Shown here piece by piece: positions 57,016 to 64,000 of a stretch of DNA of 64,000 nt; position 1 is the first letter of the stretch, and each line of letters opens with the position of its first letter. This stretch comes from an uncultured delta proteobacterium (GTDB lineage Bacteria; Desulfobacterota; Binatia; DP-6). The DNA lies in the NCBI GenBank assembly GCA_963815115.1, contig CAWFFN010000008.1, positions 32,001-96,000 of the forward strand. Reading direction: 5' to 3'. Made by a program: the position numbers and the translations under genes. The notes beneath the pieces were generated by a model. That model saw nothing but the letters and a program-made list of their open reading frames with translations. It was not told the origin of the DNA and did not search any database.

Positions 57016-58401
57016 TCAGCGCTCGGCGAGCACGTACGCCAGCAACGCCACCGCCGCCGCATTCCGCCGGAGATCTTCCGGTCTGATCTTGTCGAGCGTG
57101 TCCGCCTCGGTGTGGTGGATGTCGAAGTAGTGATGGCCGTCCGGCTCGAGGTCGAAGGGCATGGCGCCGGTGTCGACGATCGGCTTCACGTCGGCCCCGA
57201 AGGCGTGGGGCCGAAAGAGGCGGATGCCGAAGCGCTGGAACTCGGGCAGCAGCGGCGCCATCGTGCGCGCCATGTCCTCGCTGCCGACGCCGATCGCATC
57301 CGGGGCGGCCATGCCGAAATCCGATTCGAAGGCGGCGACGTGATGCTCCTCGCCGTGCGCCCGGCGATAGGCCTCCGCGCCGGCGAGGGTGTACTCCTCG
57401 CTGGTGAACAGCACCACCCGGATCGTTCGCCGCGGCGTCAGGCCGGACTGCCGGAGCAGGCGCACCGCCTCCATCACCGCCACACATCCCGCCCCGTCGT
57501 CCGACGCGCCGGTGCCCACGTCCCAGGAATCGATGTGCGCGCCGAGCAGCACGATCTCCTCGGGGCGCTCCCGACCGCGCAGCTCGCCGACGACGTTCGC
57601 GCTGGGCGCGTCCGGGAGCATGCGCGCTCCCAGGAAGAGCTCGACCTCGACCGGACCGCCGCGCGCCAGCCGCGCCAGCAGGTCGGCGTCCTCGATCGAG
57701 ATGGCGGCCGCGGGGATCTTGCGCACGCCCTCGTCGTAGCGCAGCGCGCCGGTGTGCGGCGTGCGCAGGCTCACGGCCGTCACCGAGCGCACCAGGGCCG
57801 CCACGGCGCCACGCCGGGCAGCCTCCGAGGCGCCATGGAGCCGCGCCTGGACGCCCTCGCCGTAGCCGGGGTCGGCCCGCTGCTCGTCGTAGGGCGGCAT
57901 GCGGTGGTTGATGAAGGCGATCATCCCGTCGAGCGGGGCGCTGCTCGAGCGCAGGTCGTCGAGACTCTCGAACCACGCGATCGGCGCCCGGATCGTGCCG
58001 CGCGTTCCCACGCTGCCGCCGAGGCCGAGCAGCGCCATCGGCCGGTCCACCGGTCGCACGATGCGGGCACGCTCCGTGCCGCGGACCCAGTGCGGCACGG
58101 CCACCGGCTCGAGGCGGACGTCGTCGAGGCCGTCGTCACGCATCCGCCCGGCCGCCCACGCGAGGGCTCCGGTCAGCTGCGTCGATCCCGTGATCCGGGC
58201 GCCGTAGCCGTCGGCCAGCTCCGTGAGCCGCTGCCAGCCGACGTCGGAGGAGCGGGCAGACGTCTCGGCGATGCGCCCGGCCGCGTCCCGGACCCCGGAG
58301 AGCAGCGCCGGATCGATCGCCGTGGCGGAGCCGGCCGGGGCATGGTGGACGCACGCCGGCAGCAGGACCGACAGGGCGAGCGTGCCCAGGCGCGCGCTCA
58401 C
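57016..58401 (-). CDS. M28 family metallopeptidase (carboxypeptidase Q-like) lipoprotein
   Basis: Lipobox-like LLPAC, GAHIDSWDVGTGASDDGAG, SEE, HHTEADT. Confidence 0.9.
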   Translation of the reverse strand: MSARLGTLALSVLLPACVHHAPAGSATAIDPALLSGVRDAAGRIAETSARSSDVGWQRLTELADGYGARITGSTQLTGALAWAAGRMRDDGLDDVRLEPVAVPHWVRGTERARIVRPVDRPMALLGLGGSVGTRGTIRAPIAWFESLDDLRSSSAPLDGMIAFINHRMPPYDEQRADPGYGEGVQARLHGASEAARRGAVAALVRSVTAVSLRTPHTGALRYDEGVRKIPAAAISIEDADLLARLARGGPVEVELFLGARMLPDAPSANVVGELRGRERPEEIVLLGAHIDSWDVGTGASDDGAGCVAVMEAVRLLRQSGLTPRRTIRVVLFTSEEYTLAGAEAYRRAHGEEHHVAAFESDFGMAAPDAIGVGSEDMARTMAPLLPEFQRFGIRLFRPHAFGADVKPIVDTGAMPFDLEPDGHHYFDIHHTEADTLDKIRPEDLRRNAAAVALLAYVLAER

Positions 58402-59549
58402 AGGTAGCTCAGCCACGTCGCATCGCTCCGGCGTTTCACCGCCGCGAACCACCGGCACGCCGGGTAGAGCGCCAGCACGACGGCGGCCCACACCGCGTAG
58501 ACGGCCGGCAAGGAGTAGCCGAGTCCCCCGCTGGTCACGAAGTGACCGATCGCGGCGACGGCGCCCAGGGCGGGCCAGGCAAGGGCGATCGCCACGGCGT
58601 GGATCACGAAGATGTGCGCGATGTAGTAGAAGAGCGGCACCCGGCCGTAGACCGCCACGCGCGAGGCCCAGGGTCCCAGCGGCCGATCCATCCACGCCAG
58701 CAGGCAGAGAGCGGGACCGATCGTCATGGCGAGGAACAGGAGCGACGGCGGGTACTTCTCGCAGTCGAGGAAGGACAGCACCGCCCGCGTCGGCCCGCTC
58801 CCGGCGGTCCACGCGTGCGGGTCGCCGTAGAGATTCGTCGCGCGGAGCAGGACGAAGCCGACGCTCAGCAGCGCGCCCGCAGCGAGGAATCTCGAGCGCC
58901 GCTGCTCGCGCGGCAGGAGCGCCCACGGTCCGATGACGTAGCCGGCGGCCATCACCGCGACCCACGGCACCAGCGGGTAGAGGACGATCCAGGTCGCGCC
59001 GCCGAAGGGCGCGAGCCTGCCCTCCTCGTGCAGCAGGAGCCAGAGCCAGCGCAGCGAGCCGAGCTGCTCTGCCTGCACGACGTCGAGGAGGTTGTGTCCC
59101 ACGATGAGCGTGACCGCGAACGCGGCGATGGCGGGGCGCGGGAGCCACACCAGCCCGGCCAGGACGACCATCGACGCCCCGATCGCCCAGATCACCTGCA
59201 GCACCAGGATCTCGGGGCCGATGTACGCCATCCAGACGGCGCGGATGACGGTGACCTCGAGGAACGCGAGCCAGAGGCCGCGCGTGAAGAGGTAGCCCGA
59301 CAGGGCGCGCGTCGACGCCAGCCGCCGGCCGTGCAGGTACGCCGCGACGCCGGCCAGCAGCACGAAGACCGGCGCGCAGAAGTGGGTGATCCAGCGCGTG
59401 AAGAAGAGCGCCGGCGCGGCGGTGCGGAGGTCGACCGCGGGACCGACGAACATGCGCGTGTGATCGAGTGCCATCAGGATCATCACCACGCCCCGCAGCC
59501 AGTCGATGGCCTGGTTTCGCGCGGGGCGGGGATCGTCCACGGCGCCCAC
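58398..59549 (-). CDS. DUF1624/HGSNAT-like membrane acyltransferase
   Basis: IDWLRGVVMILMALDH, TRWITHFCAPVF, KYPPSL. Confidence 0.88.
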   Translation of the reverse strand: MGAVDDPRPARNQAIDWLRGVVMILMALDHTRMFVGPAVDLRTAAPALFFTRWITHFCAPVFVLLAGVAAYLHGRRLASTRALSGYLFTRGLWLAFLEVTVIRAVWMAYIGPEILVLQVIWAIGASMVVLAGLVWLPRPAIAAFAVTLIVGHNLLDVVQAEQLGSLRWLWLLLHEEGRLAPFGGATWIVLYPLVPWVAVMAAGYVIGPWALLPREQRRSRFLAAGALLSVGFVLLRATNLYGDPHAWTAGSGPTRAVLSFLDCEKYPPSLLFLAMTIGPALCLLAWMDRPLGPWASRVAVYGRVPLFYYIAHIFVIHAVAIALAWPALGAVAAIGHFVTSGGLGYSLPAVYAVWAAVVLALYPACRWFAAVKRRSDATWLSYL

Positions 59550-59583
59550 CTAACGCGAGCGTCCCGGCTGATGCCACCAACCC

Positions 59584-59835
59584 TCAGGTCGGTCGATGCG
59601 ACCGCGCCGCGAGGATGGCCCGCACCAGCTCGTCGGGAACGGCGGCGGGCTCCGGCTCGTCGCGACCGCTCTCGCGCGCGAGCCGGATCGTCTCCGCATA
59701 GCCGCGGAGGTAGGCGACGCACTCGGCGCACTCGGCGAGATGCTTCTCGAACAGCGTGCGCTGCGGCGCACCGAGCGTTCCCTCGAGGTAGTCGGCGAGG
59801 AAGTCGACCACCTCGCGGCACGCGAGCGTCGTCAC
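59584..59835 (-). CDS. zf-HC2 (ZAS) anti-sigma factor
   Basis: CREVVDFLADYLEG...HLAECAEC (HxxxCxxC). Confidence 0.88.
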   Translation of the reverse strand: MTTLACREVVDFLADYLEGTLGAPQRTLFEKHLAECAECVAYLRGYAETIRLARESGRDEPEPAAVPDELVRAILAARSHRPT

Positions 59836-60220
59836 CCCGCACCCCCCGCGGCGTGGGGCCGCTCGATGGGCGAGGGACCGGGGAAACGGGGTAGTCGGGG
59901 CGTCCGGTCTGTCGGCGCGCGGCATCGGTCCCTCCGGGTTCACGTCGTGGGCACTCCTGGCTGCTTCGATGCCCGGATCGCAGCGGCGTTTCTTTTCGGC
60001 TCGCCGCCGGGCCGGCGCATGGACGGCCCGGCGGGGTCGCCCATGGCTCGAGGTCGCCCACGCCGCGCCGCACCCCGACACCCCCGGGACGTGCCGAAGC
60101 GCCGAGGATTCGGCATGGATCCGCGAAATACCGCGACCTCGGCGCCGCCACAGGGGTCCGATCCCGTTCGCACGTACTGTTTTTTCAGCGCTTTCGCCTC
60201 CGAGTGGACCCGGACCTGCT

Positions 60221-60236
60221 CGGCACATCCCTTGCG
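60221..60236 (+). promoter_or_regulatory. Putative sigma54 promoter
   Basis: CGGCACATCCCTTGCG, 13 bp upstream of ATG 60250. Confidence 0.65.
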
Positions 60237-60249
60237 CTGTGACCGGCCC

Positions 60250-61158
60250 ATGATGCGAGTCACACGGATCGGAAGCGGAGACGCGGGGGAGACGCTGGGA
60301 GTCGAGGGTCGCCTCACACGGGAGAGCGCACACGAGCTGCGCGCGGCTTGCGAGGCTGCGCTCGCCGAGCACGACGCGCTCGAGCTCGACGTGTCCGGCC
60401 TTCGCTTCGTCGATGCGACGGGCGTTGCCCTCCTCCACGACCTCGGAGCGCGCGGGATCCGACTCGCAGGGTGCTCCGGGTTCATCGCCGAGCTGCTGCG
60501 AGACCCGCCCTCCGCCTCCGCGGCCGATCGGCCCGCGACCGAGCGCGCGCTCGTCGCACGCCTGCGCGACGGGGATCCGGACGCCTTCGACACGGTCGTC
60601 AGGCAGTACGGCGGCCGCATGCTCTCCACCGCGCGGCGGTTCGTCGGCAACGAGGACGAGGCGCACGACGTGGTCCAGGAATCGTTCCTCGCGGCGTTTC
60701 GCGCGATCGGCTCGTTCGCCGGCTCCTCGCGCTTGTCGACGTGGCTGCACCGCATCGTCGTGAACGCAGCCCTCATGCGGCTCCGGAGCCGGCGCCGGCG
60801 CCGAGAGGATCCCATCGACTCCCTGCTGCCGCGCTTCGCGGACGACGGACGCTGGGCGGAGTCTCCGGCACAGTGGAGCACGCCGGCCGACCGGTTACTC
60901 GAGCGCCGCGAAACCAGGGCGATGGTGCGGAGCGCCATCGATCGGCTGCCGGCGAGCTACCGTACCATCCTCCTGCTGCGCGACATCGAGGAGCTGGACA
61001 CGGTAGAGACCGCAGCGTCCCTCGGCATCACGGTCAACGCGGCCAAGATCCGCCTGCACCGTTCCCGCCAGGCCTTGAAGACCCTCCTCGAGCGAGCCTT
61101 GCTCTCGCAGGAGCAGCCCGTCGCGTCCTGCGACGCCTCGCGCGCGGTCTCCGCGTAG
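60250..61158 (+). CDS. STAS-domain-ECF sigma factor fusion
   Basis: N-terminal LGVEGRL...LDVSGLRFVDATGVALL (STAS); then EAHDVVQESF, STWLHRIVVN, region 4 KIRLHRSR. Confidence 0.85.
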   Translation: MMRVTRIGSGDAGETLGVEGRLTRESAHELRAACEAALAEHDALELDVSGLRFVDATGVALLHDLGARGIRLAGCSGFIAELLRDPPSASAADRPATERALVARLRDGDPDAFDTVVRQYGGRMLSTARRFVGNEDEAHDVVQESFLAAFRAIGSFAGSSRLSTWLHRIVVNAALMRLRSRRRRREDPIDSLLPRFADDGRWAESPAQWSTPADRLLERRETRAMVRSAIDRLPASYRTILLLRDIEELDTVETAASLGITVNAAKIRLHRSRQALKTLLERALLSQEQPVASCDASRAVSA

Positions 61159-61233
61159 CACCCGGATCGGCCTCGACTGGGGGCCGACCGGAATGGTACG
61201 CCCTCGTTCGAGGAGCATCCCGCGGGAAACGGC

Positions 61234-63933
61234 GTGAGTGATCAGGACGAACGGCGGGCGCCTCTCCCCGAGGATGTCGCCCTGCGCGCGATCGTCGAGG
61301 GCGTCGAGGCGGAGCTCGGTGACCGGTTCTTCGCCTTGCTGGTGCAGCACCTCGCCTCCGCCCTCGACGTGCAGTATGCGTTCGTGTCCGAGATCGCTCC
61401 GGACCGGCGATCCTTTCGGACGCGGGCGCTGTGGGGTCGCGGACGCCTCCGCGACAACCTCACCGTACCGCTTGCCGGAACGCCGTGCGAGGCGGTGCTC
61501 GGCGGCGAGAGCGCGCATCATCCCGAGAACCTCCAGGCGCTCTTCCCGAGAGATGCCGGACTGGTCGAGTGGAACGCGGTGAGCTACTGCGGTGTCCCGC
61601 TGCTCGATCGCTCGGGTGTCGTCACCGGCCATCTCGCCATCGTCGACGACCGGCCGATGCGAGACGGTCCGCGCGGCCTGTCCATCCTGCGCATCTTCGC
61701 AGCGCGGGCCCGCGCCGAGATCGAGCGCGTGCACGCCGAGACGGCGCTGCGCGCGAGCGAGCTGCACTACCGGGCGCTCTACGAGAACGCGCCTCTCGCC
61801 TACATTGCCTACGATGCGGAGCGCCGCATTCGCCACGTCAATCCCGCCTTCGTGGAGCTCTCCGGATTCGACGAGGCGGAGGTGCAGGGGCTGTCGTACT
61901 CGACGTTCTCGCCCGGTCCGGACTGGGAGGCACGCTTCCGCGAGGTCTTCGACGTCGCGGAGCAGGGACGCATCGGGCTGTTCGACGTCCAGGCCCGCCA
62001 TCGGGACGGGGCGCCGCGCTGGGTGCGCGTGACGGCGCGTGCGATTCGCGGCGTCGCCGGCCGCCTCGAGGGCTTCTTCACCCTCGCCGCCGACATCACG
62101 ACCCTCAAGGATGCCGAGCGCAAGCTGCGCGAGAGCGAGACGCTCTATCGCGAGCTCTACGAGCACGCGCCGCTCGCGTACTTCACGTTCGGGACCGATG
62201 GCACCCTGCAGCGCTGGAACGAGCGCGGCCCCGAGATCACCGGATACGGCGACGACGAGCTGCGCGGCATGCGGACGGCCGACTTCCACACCGACGCGCC
62301 CGCGAACCGGGAGGCCTTTGCCCGTCTCGAGCGCGAGGTCTTCCAGGAGGGACGCGACCTGGTGGCGGAGGTGGAGGGCCGCCGCAAGGACGCCAGCACG
62401 TACTGGGCGCGCGTCTCGCTGAGCCCGCTGCGCGACGAGACGGGCCGGATCACGGGAGCGCGCTCGATCGCGCAGGACATCACCGAGCTCCACCTGGCGC
62501 AGGAGGCCGTGCGGGAGAGCGCGGCACAGCTCTCCGCGATCATCCAGACCGCGCTCGACGCGATCCTGGTGATCGAGGACGACCGGCGGATCGTGCTCAT
62601 CAATCCGGCGGCGGAGCGGGTCTTCCGCTGCACCGCCGCGGACGTGATCGGCACGTCCGTGATGCGCCTCGCCACCCCGGCGGCCGCCGAGTCGTTCGCC
62701 CGGGCCATGGACGACATCCGCGCGGGACGGAAGGCCTTCAGCCTGACCGAGCCCGGGCTCAGATCGCGCCGCCTCGACGGCGAGGAGTTCGAGTTCGAAG
62801 GCGCGGTCTCCGCCGCCCGGATCGGCGGCCGCCTGCGCTACACCATCTACCTGCGCGACCTCGGCGAGCGTCGCCGGCTCGAGGCCGACCAGCAGCGTCT
62901 CGAGCTCCAGACCGCCTACCTGCAGGAAGAGATCAAGGCCGTCCACAACTTCGAGGAGATCGTCGGCAGCAGCGCGGTCCTGCAACGGGTGCTGGCCCAG
63001 GTCGGTCTGGTCGCGGCGACCGACTCCTCGGTCCTCATCTGCGGGGAGACGGGGACCGGCAAGGAGCTCGTGGCGCGCGCGATCCACGCCCAGAGCGCCC
63101 GGCGCAGCCGCCCGCTGGTCAAGGTGAACTGCGCCGCGCTTCCGAGTGGGCTCGTCGAGAGCGAGCTCCTGGGCCACGAGAAGGGGGCCTTCACGGGCGC
63201 CACGGAGCGCCGGACCGGTCGCTTCGAGCTCGCGCACCGCGGCACGATCTTCCTGGACGAGGTCGGCGAGCTGCCCCTCGACGTCCAGGTGAAGCTGCTC
63301 CGCGTGCTCCAGGAGCGGGAGTTCGAGCGCGTGGGCGGCAGCCAGACCGTGAAGGTGGACGTGCGGGTCATCGCGGCGACCAACCGCGACCTCCCCGGGG
63401 CGGTCGCCGCGGGAACCTTCCGCCAGGACCTCTACTACCGGCTGAACGTGTTCCCGGTGACGCTGCCGCCGCTGCGCGAGCGCACGGACGACATTCCCCC
63501 GCTCATCCACTACTTCGTCGCGCGCTACGCGGCGAAGATCGGCCGCAAGGTCACCCGGGTGCCCCAGGAGACCATGCAGCGCCTCGTGGCATACTCCTGG
63601 CCAGGCAACGTCCGGGAGCTCGAGAACGTCATCGAGCGCGCCGTCATCCTCTCTCGCGGGCCGGAGCTGACCGTCGCACCGGACGTGCTCCCGGAGCCCG
63701 CGCCGTCCCCCGCTCCAACCGGCGCGGAGCCCGCGCGGAGCGCTCGCGCGCCCTCCGCTCCGGCGGCGCTCCGCGACGTCGAGCGCCAGCACATCGTGAC
63801 GATCCTCAAGCAGACCGGCTGGCGGATCGACGGACCGCAGGGCGCCGCGCGCCTGCTCAGCATGAACCCCAGCACGCTCCGCAGCCGGATGCAGAAGCTC
63901 GGCATCCGGCGGAGCGCCGCGGAGCTCTCGTAG
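61234..63933 (+). CDS. sigma54 enhancer-binding protein, GAF + 3 PAS + AAA+ + HTH (FhlA-like)
   Basis: GAF, three PAS repeats, [34 protein letters not shown]. Confidence 0.93.
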   Translation: MSDQDERRAPLPEDVALRAIVEGVEAELGDRFFALLVQHLASALDVQYAFVSEIAPDRRSFRTRALWGRGRLRDNLTVPLAGTPCEAVLGGESAHHPENLQALFPRDAGLVEWNAVSYCGVPLLDRSGVVTGHLAIVDDRPMRDGPRGLSILRIFAARARAEIERVHAETALRASELHYRALYENAPLAYIAYDAERRIRHVNPAFVELSGFDEAEVQGLSYSTFSPGPDWEARFREVFDVAEQGRIGLFDVQARHRDGAPRWVRVTARAIRGVAGRLEGFFTLAADITTLKDAERKLRESETLYRELYEHAPLAYFTFGTDGTLQRWNERGPEITGYGDDELRGMRTADFHTDAPANREAFARLEREVFQEGRDLVAEVEGRRKDASTYWARVSLSPLRDETGRITGARSIAQDITELHLAQEAVRESAAQLSAIIQTALDAILVIEDDRRIVLINPAAERVFRCTAADVIGTSVMRLATPAAAESFARAMDDIRAGRKAFSLTEPGLRSRRLDGEEFEFEGAVSAARIGGRLRYTIYLRDLGERRRLEADQQRLELQTAYLQEEIKAVHNFEEIVGSSAVLQRVLAQVGLVAATDSSVLICGETGTGKELVARAIHAQSARRSRPLVKVNCAALPSGLVESELLGHEKGAFTGATERRTGRFELAHRGTIFLDEVGELPLDVQVKLLRVLQEREFERVGGSQTVKVDVRVIAATNRDLPGAVAAGTFRQDLYYRLNVFPVTLPPLRERTDDIPPLIHYFVARYAAKIGRKVTRVPQETMQRLVAYSWPGNVRELENVIERAVILSRGPELTVAPDVLPEPAPSPAPTGAEPARSARAPSAPAALRDVERQHIVTILKQTGWRIDGPQGAARLLSMNPSTLRSRMQKLGIRRSAAELS

Positions 63934-64000
63934 GTCAGCGCGCGGGGCGGCACGCGCGCGTCCCCGATGCGCGATCAGCACGCCATGGTCGTCAGACGGA

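Noticed and set aside
58402-59580. 854-aa peptidase fusion ORF (57016-59580)
   Set aside because: The upstream part overlaps the DUF1624 gene in another frame; the peptidase begins at GTG 58401 with its own lipoprotein signal.

Overview
High-GC bacterial window; the gene content suggests a Binatota/Myxococcota-like deltaproteobacterium (inference only). Roughly 1-46.8 kb is a mosaic accessory island ending at a tRNA-Ser(TGA) with nearby tRNA-Leu att-like remnants. It holds more than 15 gene fragments, a decayed integrative element (tyrosine recombinases, excisionase, RHH protein, PD-(D/E)XK-like nuclease), a complete IS4 with TIRs and a 10-bp TSD, IS91-like remnants, phosphoketolase, an ApbE/ferric-reductase cluster, a P-type ATPase and a chromate-resistance operon. 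The most striking feature is an apparently uncharacterised sigma54 regulon. Three paralogous secreted proteins carry 7 copies of a 37-aa six-Cys repeat (CCLPDDSGPECEDRT...PNPC). They lie with an NtrC-type activator, a choice-of-anchor-X-like surface protein, a PDZ/multi-TM/GAF histidine kinase, a B12 radical SAM enzyme, an Lnt paralog and a lone receiver protein. These genes share -24/-12 promoters, and five of the promoters share an upstream TG(C/G)G-N8-C(C/G)CA motif. The right end (47-64 kb) looks more like backbone and includes a P-loop ATPase-class III cyclase fusion and a sigma54-driven STAS-ECF sigma fusion. All family calls come from motif recognition, not database searches.
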